Source of the DNA: Fibrobacterales bacterium
GTDB lineage: Bacteria; Fibrobacterota; Fibrobacteria; Fibrobacterales; JAOPTW01
Direction: 5' to 3'
Assembly: GCA_051532035.1 (NCBI GenBank)
Contig: JAOPTW010000021.1
Span: forward strand, 24,811 to 88,810
DNA: 64,000 nucleotides
The translations under genes were made by a program, and so were the position numbers. The notes beneath the pieces were generated by a model. It was not told where the DNA came from. It saw only the letters and a program-made list of their open reading frames with translations, and ran no database searches. How positions within the stretch are numbered: position 1 is the first letter of the stretch; each line of letters starts with the position of its first letter. Shown here piece after piece: positions 10,356-20,316 of the stretch.

Positions 10356-11819
10356 TTAAAAAAACAATTGTGTCTGGAAATAGAAGTCCAATAGGTCATC
10401 TTTTTTCTGCATTATTAAATGCAATGTACAATATTTCAACGAATATGAAAAATCCAATTCGAACCACAACTCTGGCTCATCGACACCACTAATAAATTTT
10501 TTGCTAAAATGACTACCATCATTTTGTTTTGCCCAGTCAGCCCTATAGTCATCTAGTAATGACCCATAATCTACTCCTTTCCAGACTAAATCAAGCCTCG
10601 CCCCCACATACCATTTTAAGTCATGTCTAAAATAAACCTTATGTGTGTAGGCCTGAGAGTTTGGACCGAGTTGATTACCTAAAGGATACCCATGGTTAGC
10701 ACTTTGCGCTGTATTTTTTACGTAATGAGTATAAATCCATGGCTCAACTCTCGAGTACTCAGTTATATACCCAAGTTGAATCTTATTCACATCTTTAATT
10801 ATATGGGCCCCGCACATCCAAGCCCATTTGTTTTTCCAAAAGTCATTAAAAAGGCTTGCAGGCTCACTTAAATCATCAATCAAAAATTCTGTATATATAT
10901 TGCCTATATTGTTAAACCTATAACTTATATCAAACGCTATATTTCCATTATTGCTTTCTTCAAGGCCTTGTCCTTTTTCCATAAAAAGTGGCACAATAGG
11001 TATAAAAGCAGCGGGTTCTTCCATATTATACAGAATTAATTGTTCACTTATGCCAAATAAGAGGTCTGGTGTTATATTCCATTCATACCTATGTGCATAT
11101 ACCGACCGAGTTGAATCACTATACCGAATAAAACTATCACCATCAATAGCCAACGTCCCCCAAACTGTCATAACTCGAATTGGTCCAATTTCCCCTTTAT
11201 AATAAAAGTGATGAAATGGAACAGCATTTTGGTGAAATACAAGGTTATGAAATAATCCAGGCCCCCAATGTAAAGAAGACCTAGAATATCCAAGATTTCC
11301 CAATGGAAGTTCCAAATTGATATTTGCCCTATATCTGGAATACGAAGTAAATGTGGCTGTTGAATTATCACCCTCATTTTGCGCTTCAATGAACTCTCTA
11401 TCAAATGAATATGGGGTTGTATTTGATCTAAACTCTGAAAACATGCGGGCATCTGTCATAAATGTTAAGTTTGATATGTTACCGTATAATATACCACCTG
11501 CACTTATTGCTTTAACATGATCTTTATACATATCTAGATATCGATACTCAAGGTCTATAAGAGGTAATAACCCAATTGAATTATTCGACTTCTTAATAAC
11601 CAAACGATTATTGCCAAATAACTTATTGCCTGTTTTTAAAGGCGTATTAGATGGGAAAATATAAGACACGTTACCAGTATCTTTAATTTGAGATCTATTT
11701 TGATATTCTAATACCTGGGGAAATATATTTTTTGAAGTATACGGCCTATCTAACGGAACAAAACCTGCAAAAACAGAGTTAAATATTAGTATCAAAAACA
11801 TGAATAAATTGTATTTCAT
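10356..11819 (-). CDS. Capsule-assembly Wzi-family outer membrane protein
   Basis: Signal peptide; LHWGPG, YAHRYEW, YTEFLIDD, EYSRVEPWIYTH, PLGNQLGPNS motifs; C-terminal Phe. Confidence 0.7.
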   Translation of the reverse strand: MKYNLFMFLILIFNSVFAGFVPLDRPYTSKNIFPQVLEYQNRSQIKDTGNVSYIFPSNTPLKTGNKLFGNNRLVIKKSNNSIGLLPLIDLEYRYLDMYKDHVKAISAGGILYGNISNLTFMTDARMFSEFRSNTTPYSFDREFIEAQNEGDNSTATFTSYSRYRANINLELPLGNLGYSRSSLHWGPGLFHNLVFHQNAVPFHHFYYKGEIGPIRVMTVWGTLAIDGDSFIRYSDSTRSVYAHRYEWNITPDLLFGISEQLILYNMEEPAAFIPIVPLFMEKGQGLEESNNGNIAFDISYRFNNIGNIYTEFLIDDLSEPASLFNDFWKNKWAWMCGAHIIKDVNKIQLGYITEYSRVEPWIYTHYVKNTAQSANHGYPLGNQLGPNSQAYTHKVYFRHDLKWYVGARLDLVWKGVDYGSLLDDYRADWAKQNDGSHFSKKFISGVDEPELWFELDFSYSLKYCTLHLIMQKKDDLLDFYFQTQLFF

Positions 11820-12105
11820 TTAACAGAATGCCTCCTTTCACAACAATAATACATAGATATATCCTTCTTACAAACATATTTTGCTCTACCAAGCAAGTAA
11901 GGATAATAAATCAAAGCCCTGTTCGCAATATTCTTGGGGCTTTCATAAGACCTCATAGTTTTTTTCAATAATTCTAAATTGATGTTACATTGCGCATCAC
12001 TTTAATAGTCTAACAACTATAGACTGTTCGCATAATTAGAACGAAATCTATACAGGTTGTTCAGCAGGAAATCAATTTAGTCATTTAAGGTTGTACATTA
12101 TCAAT

Positions 12106-12966
12106 ATGAAACAAAAGACGATTAGCATTTTCGATTACACAGATTTTAGATTGTTTATTAAAGAGTATTATACGAATATGAAACATTTAGACCCCAAATA
12201 TTCACAAAGGTACTTTGCAAAAAAAATGGCAATGAAATCCCCTGGGTATTATTTAGACATTATTAATGGAAGAAGAAATCTTTCTTTAAATAACATACCT
12301 CTATGCTTCAAAGCCTTAAATCTATCCAAAAATGAGGCAAACTATTTCGAGAGCCTTGTATTATTTAATCAAGCAAAATCGATTGAAGATAAAAACCGTT
12401 ATTACCAACGATTACTAAATAATAAAAAGGTAAATATGAACCTAGTGAACAAAGATATGTACCAGTTCTACTCCAAATGGTACCATACTGCAATACGGGA
12501 ACTGCTTTTTTACTTCCCATTTAATAATAATTACAGAGATATTGCCAAACAACTTAACCCACCAATCAGTGAAGATGAAGCCAAAAAATCGATTAAACTT
12601 CAGGAAAAACTTGGCTTTATTAAAAAAAACCTAAATAGGTATTATCAAAATTCTCCTACAATTACAACTGGTGATGAGGTTATTCAGTCAATGGAAATCG
12701 AGAATTACCAGATAGATACAATGAATATTGCAAAAAATGCTCTCAATAACACTCCTGCAAAACTACGTGATATTTCAACTCTTACTCTAAGTCTTTCTGA
12801 AAAAGGATTTAACAACATTAAGTCACTGATTCAAAAAACCAGAAAAGAGATACTAACAGAAGCTCAAAATGACTCAAGTGAAAATAGGGTATACCAGGTC
12901 AACTTTCAACTATTTCCATTAACTAAAGAATTTAAAAATAACAAAAGAGAGGAAACAAATGATTAA
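12106..12966 (+). CDS. TIGR02147-family protein (N-terminal HTH-like domain plus DUF4423), copy 1
   Basis: SIFDYTDFRLFIKEYY, YSQRYFAKK, INGRRNLS, FYSKWYHTAIREL, RDISTLTLSL, VYQVNFQLFPL. ATG at 12106 preferred over TTG at 12091. Confidence 0.85.
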   Translation: MKQKTISIFDYTDFRLFIKEYYTNMKHLDPKYSQRYFAKKMAMKSPGYYLDIINGRRNLSLNNIPLCFKALNLSKNEANYFESLVLFNQAKSIEDKNRYYQRLLNNKKVNMNLVNKDMYQFYSKWYHTAIRELLFYFPFNNNYRDIAKQLNPPISEDEAKKSIKLQEKLGFIKKNLNRYYQNSPTITTGDEVIQSMEIENYQIDTMNIAKNALNNTPAKLRDISTLTLSLSEKGFNNIKSLIQKTRKEILTEAQNDSSENRVYQVNFQLFPLTKEFKNNKREETND

Positions 12967-15319
12967 ACTCACAGCTAATTTACTAACCATACTTCTTGTT
13001 CTAATATATACAGGCTGTTTATTTGACAATAGTAGCCAAGCCGGTGGCGGGTCAGAAACTGGAAATGTTGGGGGCACTATTATAGCATCCGATGGACTGG
13101 CCAAAGCTAATGTTGACGTTCACCTTTTTCTTGCAAAGCAAAGCATCGACTCACTTCAAGCGAGCCCTGAACCTGTTTTGATCACAAAAACTGATATCAA
13201 TGGTAATTACTCATTCAATGTACTAGAACAAAATACTTACAATATTATTGCTCAATCTGAAACAGAAATTGCATTTGTTGATTCACTAAGTATTTCTCCA
13301 GACTCAAAGCTATCTCAAAATATTTCTTTGAACGCCCCAGGATCTATACAAGCACAGATACAGTTACGTATTGAGCTCAAACACCCTTCCAGTGTTGTTG
13401 CTTATCTAGCAGGAACATCATATTACCAAAATTTAAGTGATTCAGGTTCTTTTATATTTGAAAATGTTCCAGAAGGAACGTACACCCTTGTTTTGATTCC
13501 TAATCAAGAGATGTTTTCCAATACTATATTGCAAATATCTGTTGTATCTGGAGTACCGACCATTATTGCAAACCCAATTCAATTGCAATACAACGGAATT
13601 CCTATACCAAACAACGTTCTGTCAATATATGACACAACAACCGGGGCTGTTACTATCAGTTGGGATAGTATTAATTATGATCATTTTCAGGAATATTTAA
13701 TCGAACGAAATACTGGTGATAATTTGGTTGCGAATTGGCAACTTGTTGGTAAAACTCAGGCAACAACATTTACTGAATTAATGTATTTACGCAACGATGT
13801 TTCGAAAATCAATCCAGAAGATACGGCACAAAAGAGTTTTGACTACAGAGTTAAGGTTAGGAGTAACTATAACGATGAAGAGGGGTTATCATATGGAAAG
13901 AGCACAATTAACATAGTTTCACCAAGAAAATTCCAACCCTACGCTTCCGTAGAACAAAAATCACTCTTGATTGAAACAACACCTTTTGTTTCGTTAAAAG
14001 GCACTGGTTATTCTGAATTGGGTACTGTGACTATGGAATGGGATATTGGAAATACAGGAGTTTTTGAATCAACTCCAGATGGAAATATCTCTTTTTTATA
14101 TTATGAAAAAAATATTTCGAATCCACATATTTGCATTTTCCGTGTTACTGATACAAATGGAACTACTGCATTAGATACCTCTACTGTAACTATTAATCAT
14201 CAAGCTTTTTTACCAATTGCTGATGCAGGTAATATGCAAACTGTAGATAGAGGTAGCCGTGTAGCTCTGAAAGGCACCGGATCAAGTAAAATTGGAGTAA
14301 ATACTTATGAGTGGAAAGTAGGTGAGGGCGATTGGGTTTTTTCAGAAGATGGGGCTTTCGAGTTCCAATATGGAACGAGTGTTTTTATGGACTCAATAAT
14401 TTGCTATTTAAGAGTTACAAATAGGGACTTTCAAAACGCAATTGATAGTGTTACAATAAGGTTTATTTCTAAATTTGAAGACATTAAGGCCCCTTTGCCT
14501 TTTACCTATGATAGTACAATTCATCCTATTGGTTTCAAAAATAATATCTGGTTCTTTTCAAAAAGCGATAGTACTACTATTTCCTCCTGGATACTAAATT
14601 CGGACAATCTTTACACCTACCAAAATAATATTATCAACAATTTCCAATCTGAAAAATATTGGTTAATGAGTGATAGCTTATCACTATACCTTATTGATTA
14701 TTCTCGCCAAACTAACAAACTAACTATGCGGTCTTCCACAGATGGATTAAGCTGGACTAGTATTGATTATCCCATTGTAGACATTGACTCAAATACCTAT
14801 ATAAATTCTATTGTTATCAATAAGGGTTATATATATGCAGTAGTTAACGATAACTCAGATCTTAATGTCCTTGTTAAGACTATTCGAATTAATGTATCGA
14901 GTAAGGAAATATCTTCTTTGCCTGAATTATCAGCAGAAGGTATATCATGGGATTTACATGAAAAAAATCCATTTGCTATTATTTATAACGATAACTTTTG
15001 TTTAACAACCAGTGACATACCTGGGCTTCAGGCATGGACTTGTCTCTTAGATGACACATGGAAATCACCATTTTATATTGGTACTGCATTAGGCTCGACC
15101 ATTTGGACTTATTCTAACTCCTATATTTACCATAGAACCCCTGAGCTGAGTAACATGTATTGGCAGCTATCTGTTAATTACGAAAACGACTTATCAGTGG
15201 AGTCGGCCTCACTAAATATAAACCCCTGGCCCACAGGTATAGAGACTCAATTATTCCTCTATTTTAATAATGCCCTGTATTTGATTATTGATAATAACGT
15301 TCATAAGTTAGATGTTTAA
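12959..15319 (+). CDS. Multidomain lipoprotein (carboxypeptidase-regulatory-like, FN3-like and PKD-like modules, beta-rich C-terminus)
   Basis: Lipobox YTGC then SQAGGGSETGN; TDINGNYSF and SDSGSFIFENVPEGTY modules; EWDIGNTGVF...RVTD PKD-like repeats. Confidence 0.75.
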   Translation: MIKLTANLLTILLVLIYTGCLFDNSSQAGGGSETGNVGGTIIASDGLAKANVDVHLFLAKQSIDSLQASPEPVLITKTDINGNYSFNVLEQNTYNIIAQSETEIAFVDSLSISPDSKLSQNISLNAPGSIQAQIQLRIELKHPSSVVAYLAGTSYYQNLSDSGSFIFENVPEGTYTLVLIPNQEMFSNTILQISVVSGVPTIIANPIQLQYNGIPIPNNVLSIYDTTTGAVTISWDSINYDHFQEYLIERNTGDNLVANWQLVGKTQATTFTELMYLRNDVSKINPEDTAQKSFDYRVKVRSNYNDEEGLSYGKSTINIVSPRKFQPYASVEQKSLLIETTPFVSLKGTGYSELGTVTMEWDIGNTGVFESTPDGNISFLYYEKNISNPHICIFRVTDTNGTTALDTSTVTINHQAFLPIADAGNMQTVDRGSRVALKGTGSSKIGVNTYEWKVGEGDWVFSEDGAFEFQYGTSVFMDSIICYLRVTNRDFQNAIDSVTIRFISKFEDIKAPLPFTYDSTIHPIGFKNNIWFFSKSDSTTISSWILNSDNLYTYQNNIINNFQSEKYWLMSDSLSLYLIDYSRQTNKLTMRSSTDGLSWTSIDYPIVDIDSNTYINSIVINKGYIYAVVNDNSDLNVLVKTIRINVSSKEISSLPELSAEGISWDLHEKNPFAIIYNDNFCLTTSDIPGLQAWTCLLDDTWKSPFYIGTALGSTIWTYSNSYIYHRTPELSNMYWQLSVNYENDLSVESASLNINPWPTGIETQLFLYFNNALYLIIDNNVHKLDV

Positions 15320-15525
15320 TTCTATCTCCTTATCAATAACCTATAGAGTCAATGTTACTTCCAGTATATTATAATCTCTAACAAATGCTCATCATACGTT
15401 TTTTCACCATTAAACCGCCTGTTTTAATGGTGAAAAATACCTATCTTTCCATACCTGTCCATGTTTACCTTTTACTAGACAGGACTATACTTGTTTTGAA
15501 TCTCTACTCATTGGATGAACATACT

Positions 15526-16380
15526 ATGGAAAAACCTCTAATTTCAATTATAATGGCAGCATATAATGAAGAGTTATATATTAAAGAAGCTATTCAATCT
15601 ATCCTCCTTCAAACCTACCAAAACATTGAAGTACTCGTTATAGACAACCTTTCTACAGACAGCACTGTTTCAATAGTAGAAGAGCTTCGATCACATGACT
15701 CTAGGGTGAAATTATTGCAGTGTACTATTAAGGGTCCGGCTGCTACACGAAATATGGCTATTAAAGAAGCGAAAGGTAGTTTTATAGCCGTTATGGATGC
15801 TGACGATGTTGTTCCAACTGATAGAATTGCTCAACTCTATGGCATTTGTAGCAAATCAAATGAAGCAGTTGTCGGATCAAATGTACAGATAGTAAACTCA
15901 AAGCTCACTCCGGTAAGAGAGCTCATTTACCCTGAGCACAACAAAGAAATTCGTAAAGCTTTTAGCCGCTTATTCAACAGATCCGTTATCATGCCTGGTA
16001 CCATCATGGTGCACGCACAACTGTTGAAACAGAATTTATATAATGAAACCTTTACCTTTTTAGAAGACTGGGATCTCATTCTCAGACTCGCCTCTAATAA
16101 AGACGTTGTTTTTTCAAATGCTCAAGATTTCCTCTATCAATACCGCCTTAATGAAGGGTCAGTTACCTACAATTGGAAAGATAGAAACCAGTATAACGCG
16201 CTCATTCTTATTAACCAATGGCTCAGATCACAAAATAAAAGCGACTATTCCACATTGGAGGAACTCAAAAAATCGATTCCTAGAAGGCCAGTTATTACTA
16301 CCGCATTTATAACTATTGTCATTATGAAATTTTTTCAACACAGCTTGTGGAGAATCAAAACAAAGCTTCAAACAAAATAG
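15526..16380 (+). CDS. Glycosyltransferase family 2
   Basis: PLISIIMAAYNEE, IDNLSTD, RNMAI, MDADD, EDWDL; likely start at ATG 15526. Confidence 0.9.
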   Translation: MEKPLISIIMAAYNEELYIKEAIQSILLQTYQNIEVLVIDNLSTDSTVSIVEELRSHDSRVKLLQCTIKGPAATRNMAIKEAKGSFIAVMDADDVVPTDRIAQLYGICSKSNEAVVGSNVQIVNSKLTPVRELIYPEHNKEIRKAFSRLFNRSVIMPGTIMVHAQLLKQNLYNETFTFLEDWDLILRLASNKDVVFSNAQDFLYQYRLNEGSVTYNWKDRNQYNALILINQWLRSQNKSDYSTLEELKKSIPRRPVITTAFITIVIMKFFQHSLWRIKTKLQTK

Positions 16381-16385
16381 CCATT

Positions 16386-17090
16386 ATGAATATACTCCAA
16401 GTTGTTAAAAATCAAGAAAAATGGGATCATGAATTTAAAGGGAAAATAATCACATTTATTAACCCCTATTCATACCAACAAATTAGAACAGGAAAATACC
16501 TTCAATCATTTTCGCATATACTGTGCGATAGTTTTTATTTGGCAAAATTTTTTAATTTATTTTCTATTTCTAAAGAGTCTAGATACTCCTTCGATATGAC
16601 CTCACTGGCGCCAAAAGTCTTTTCATGGTGTGAATCAGAACATAAAAGTGTTTATTTTATCGGGAGTACTCAAGAGAATATATCTCAGTATATTGAAACA
16701 TTCTCTAAATCATATCCCACTGTTACCATTGCTGGATATCGTCATGGTTTTTTTACCTCAACAAAAGAGAGAGAGGAATATTTAACTGCTATAAAAGAAT
16801 TAAACCCTGATGTAGTAATTGTTGGTATGGGCGCTCCACTTCAAGAAATGTTCCTTTCAGATTTGGTTTCTACCGGATGGAGTGGCACAGGATTTACTTG
16901 TGGTGGATTTATTCATCAAAGCACAGAGAGTATTCAATATTACCCCAAATGGGTTGATTCACTTCAAGTACGTTGGTTATATCGCATATATGATGAGCCT
17001 AAACTTTTTACTCGTTATGCATTCGACTACCCAAAGTTTTTACTCTTTTTTGCACTCGATTTTATCAATGTATCACTCAAAAGCAAATAG
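16386..17090 (+). CDS. WecB/TagA/CpsF-family glycosyltransferase (GT26)
   Basis: IAGYRHGFF, PDVVIVGMGAPLQE, CGGF, RWLYRIYDEP; start estimated. Confidence 0.85.
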   Translation: MNILQVVKNQEKWDHEFKGKIITFINPYSYQQIRTGKYLQSFSHILCDSFYLAKFFNLFSISKESRYSFDMTSLAPKVFSWCESEHKSVYFIGSTQENISQYIETFSKSYPTVTIAGYRHGFFTSTKEREEYLTAIKELNPDVVIVGMGAPLQEMFLSDLVSTGWSGTGFTCGGFIHQSTESIQYYPKWVDSLQVRWLYRIYDEPKLFTRYAFDYPKFLLFFALDFINVSLKSK

Positions 17091-17168
17091 GATTAACCCC
17101 CCAAGAATTAACGAAATGTTCTCACTGAAATGCACAAATTGCATTTTAAAATAACCTACCTTTATCAT

Positions 17169-18011
17169 ATGAACAATTCGAAACCAGACATTTTTACCTA
17201 TTTTAACTTTAGAGAGCTTCTCAAAGACTTATACTCATATTTCAACAAGCAAGATAAAAGCTTCAATAAATCATATGTTTGTAAACTTCTCGGATTACCT
17301 AACTCGAGAAGTTATTTTACCGACATTTTGAATGGGAAACTGGTTTCACCCCCAAAAATTGACCTTTTTTCAAAAGTTTTTAGACTCAACAAGCTAGAAA
17401 GCAATTATTTTAGACTTTTAATCAATTACAACCAGACATTCGATTTTTCTGAAAAAGAGTTTTATTTTAATCAATTGATATCTCAATGTAAAACTCCTCA
17501 AACTGTACTAGATAAAAACCAGTATCAGTATTACCAAAACTGGCATCATAGTGTTGTTAGAACCGTACTCAATACTGTTGATATCTCAAGTAATTTCAAA
17601 GACCTTATTGATAAACTTACTATTCCTATTTCACTGAAGCAGATTAAAGACTCTATTAAGCTTCTTTCACAATTAGGCCTTATTGAAAAAAACAACCATG
17701 GCTTTTACAAACCTTCCGCTCCATTTATTTCTAATGGATCTACAATAGAAAATGAAACGATAAAACAATATCAGCTCAAACTATTAGACATTTCCAAACA
17801 ATTAGCTTTAACTAACAAAACCCAACCTCAAAAGGTTTTAACAAAAATGGTCTCTATCTCTCAAGAGGGATATGATAAAATTGCTGAGAGAATTGAATCG
17901 TTCAATAAAGAAATCGACACAATTATTGCCAATGATTCTAAGCCCGAAGACAGAGTGTATCAATGTCTTTTAACTATGCTTCCGTATTCCAAAGGAGAAA
18001 CCCATGATTAG
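17169..18011 (+). CDS. TIGR02147-family protein, copy 2
   Basis: PDIFTYFNFRELLKDLY, SRSYFTDILNGK, YYQNWHHSVVR, DRVYQCLLTMLP; ATG at 17169 preferred. Confidence 0.85.
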   Translation: MNNSKPDIFTYFNFRELLKDLYSYFNKQDKSFNKSYVCKLLGLPNSRSYFTDILNGKLVSPPKIDLFSKVFRLNKLESNYFRLLINYNQTFDFSEKEFYFNQLISQCKTPQTVLDKNQYQYYQNWHHSVVRTVLNTVDISSNFKDLIDKLTIPISLKQIKDSIKLLSQLGLIEKNNHGFYKPSAPFISNGSTIENETIKQYQLKLLDISKQLALTNKTQPQKVLTKMVSISQEGYDKIAERIESFNKEIDTIIANDSKPEDRVYQCLLTMLPYSKGETHD

Positions 18012-18063
18012 GGTCTTATTTTTATTTACACTTTTTTTAACTATGTGCTCAAACTTTTCAACA
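17958..18063 (+). repeat. 106-bp direct repeat, copy 1 (TIGR02147 3' end, RBS, signal-peptide codons)
   Basis: Near-identical to 19245..19350 (TATCAATGTCTTTTAACTATGCTTCC.TATTCCAAAGGAGAAACCCATGATTAGG.TCTTATTTTTATTTACAC...). Confidence 0.9.
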
Positions 18064-19161
18064 AATAATGAAAATTTTAATCCTACTGCAATAATTTCTC
18101 TTTCTACACCAAGTATTATTTCATACCCTGTTGATAGCACGGTCAGCGTATCTGCAACGGCATCGAATGATGTTAATGGTAAAATAGTAACGTATGAATG
18201 GAAAGCAGGTGATAGTGATTGGTTTACGGGAAATGAGGTGCAAAACATACCAACTCCAAAAAATATTGATACTATTTTTGTTGTTTCACTCAAAGTGACA
18301 GATGATGATGGAAATACGGCTCTAACTTCAGTAAATTTAAATCTATACGGTGATACAATTACAGATATAAGAGATGGTCAACGATATGCAATTGAAACCA
18401 AAAATGATTATATTTGGATGGCTGAAGATATAACCTATATTCATAATGATGAAATAATTATAGGAGACACTTTAGGAAATGGTTTTTATTACACTTATTA
18501 TAATTGGTTGTATTGGTATTTCAGAAATAATAATCTAGACAAAAAAAATATGACACTCTGTCCAATTGGGTTCAATTATATAAGAGGAAGCCATTGGAAT
18601 CATCCAATATATTATGAAGGTACACCTCTAAATGATGCGGCTCAATATTTTTCAATGCGCTGTGAAACACAAAACCGTATAGACCCTTCATTAAGAAACA
18701 GTGGTGCCCTTGGTGATGCCACAATAGCAATAGTTACCAATGATGTGAGTTTAACCAATTTCCCTGGTGACTCTACACAATATTGGGCAATAGTGCAATA
18801 TATACCCGACAATGCAGATATTCAGCGAATTTCATGGGATGTAGAGGTTTTACAAATATGTTACGACACAACAACTGTTTACACTATAACTGATCAAATT
18901 GGAAATTCAATTGCTATTCAAAATATCCCCACACAATTTGTTCCATCAAAAACTAATACATACATAAGTCCAGCGGGAGGATTGTGGTGTGACTATCAAG
19001 CAATTATAACTGCTAAAATTCTGGACAATTTAAACAGAGAATGGAAAAAAACATCATTCGATTTGGGCAACTGCTATTGGACTACAGGTGGTTGTAATTC
19101 TTCTGATGCTTCCGCTGGCATAGCTAAGTTCTTGTCAAATTATATTGTTGAACAACAATAA
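18004..19161 (+). CDS. Array lipoprotein 1: one PKD-like module, compact FISUMP-like domain, type-A C-terminal domain
   Basis: Signal ending FLTMC; YEWKAG...VTDDDGN; TDIRDGQRY...WMAED...CPIGF...SMRC. Confidence 0.75.
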   Translation: MIRVLFLFTLFLTMCSNFSTNNENFNPTAIISLSTPSIISYPVDSTVSVSATASNDVNGKIVTYEWKAGDSDWFTGNEVQNIPTPKNIDTIFVVSLKVTDDDGNTALTSVNLNLYGDTITDIRDGQRYAIETKNDYIWMAEDITYIHNDEIIIGDTLGNGFYYTYYNWLYWYFRNNNLDKKNMTLCPIGFNYIRGSHWNHPIYYEGTPLNDAAQYFSMRCETQNRIDPSLRNSGALGDATIAIVTNDVSLTNFPGDSTQYWAIVQYIPDNADIQRISWDVEVLQICYDTTTVYTITDQIGNSIAIQNIPTQFVPSKTNTYISPAGGLWCDYQAIITAKILDNLNREWKKTSFDLGNCYWTTGGCNSSDASAGIAKFLSNYIVEQQ

Positions 19162-19244
19162 TTTTTTGGAAAATAAAAAACATTCTAAGGGAAATCCATA
19201 TTGAGATTTATAATGCCAAAGACTTTAAGAGCAAAAGCCGGGTC

Positions 19245-19350
19245 TATCAATGTCTTTTAACTATGCTTCCCTATTCCAAAGGAGAAACCCATGATTAGGT
19301 TCTTATTTTTATTTACACTTTTTTTAACTATGTGTACAGACTTTTCAACA
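19245..19350 (+). repeat. 106-bp direct repeat, copy 2
   Basis: Near-identical to 17958..18063, with only a handful of substitutions. Confidence 0.9.
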
Positions 19351-20298
19351 AAGGGTGACGTTGACACAAGTGTCGATCCAATTGTAAGCACCATCATTGA
19401 TTATCGCAATGGAAATGAATATAAAGTCGTGACTATTGGAGACTATACATGGATGGCTGAAGATCTTGAGTTCAAATCTTTTGAAACTCCAAGTTCAATT
19501 TCTTTTGACCTTGCTACAGTTGAAAGTTATTGTCCAGAAGGGTGGCGCCTTCCAACAAAAGAAACATTTCTATCCCTATTTGCTGAAATAAGCAAACGTT
19601 ATCATACATATGACAGTACTTCTCATATTTACCCTCCTTATGAAACATTCTCTAGTGATTATAATAATTGGGGTAATTACTTGTTTTCTGAAAGGTCAAA
19701 CCCATACCATTTGTCATTTGAGATGAAGTATTACTTATGGAATGGGTTTGGGGGTGTAAGCCGATTTTACCTTACAACATATGATCGTTGGTCTGAAAGA
19801 ATGGTCGAAGACACAAGTGATATTGGTATAGACGCAATAGGAATTGGTGGGATAAGTCAAATTGGAACAGCAAACTATATTCGATGTGTTACGCAAGAAT
19901 TACCTCCTGTTAAAAACCTTCATATGACCCCAGAGCATATAGAAACGTTATTTAATTACACAGTAACTGTTAATGCCAATGTTTACACCAAATTTCCCAA
20001 TGAACCTCTTTTGTACTATTGGGACCTTATTTATAAAGGTAAAAACAGTGTTCCCGATCCCTCTGTCAATACAAATCAAAATTTTATAAAAGGTAACAGC
20101 AACGGTACCTACACATTTTTCACTGATCCTCAGCTACCAAATTCGAATGATAGTCATAATTATTGGCTATATATAAAAGTTATTAACCATGTAGATGACA
20201 CAGTTATGGTCATAAATAAGGTTACAGTTTATGACTCCATTTGGGCCAGTCAAAATGAATATAGTCTAAACATAAACATTATTGGCGATCCACTTTAA
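19291..20298 (+). CDS. Array lipoprotein 2: FISUMP/Fib_succ_major-like domain plus type-B C-terminal domain
   Basis: Signal ending FLTMC; DYRNGNEYKVVTIGDYTWMAEDL, CPEGWRLPT, YIRCV. Confidence 0.8.
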   Translation: MIRFLFLFTLFLTMCTDFSTKGDVDTSVDPIVSTIIDYRNGNEYKVVTIGDYTWMAEDLEFKSFETPSSISFDLATVESYCPEGWRLPTKETFLSLFAEISKRYHTYDSTSHIYPPYETFSSDYNNWGNYLFSERSNPYHLSFEMKYYLWNGFGGVSRFYLTTYDRWSERMVEDTSDIGIDAIGIGGISQIGTANYIRCVTQELPPVKNLHMTPEHIETLFNYTVTVNANVYTKFPNEPLLYYWDLIYKGKNSVPDPSVNTNQNFIKGNSNGTYTFFTDPQLPNSNDSHNYWLYIKVINHVDDTVMVINKVTVYDSIWASQNEYSLNINIIGDPL

Positions 20299-20316
20299 AC
20301 CTTAAAAAGGTAAACT

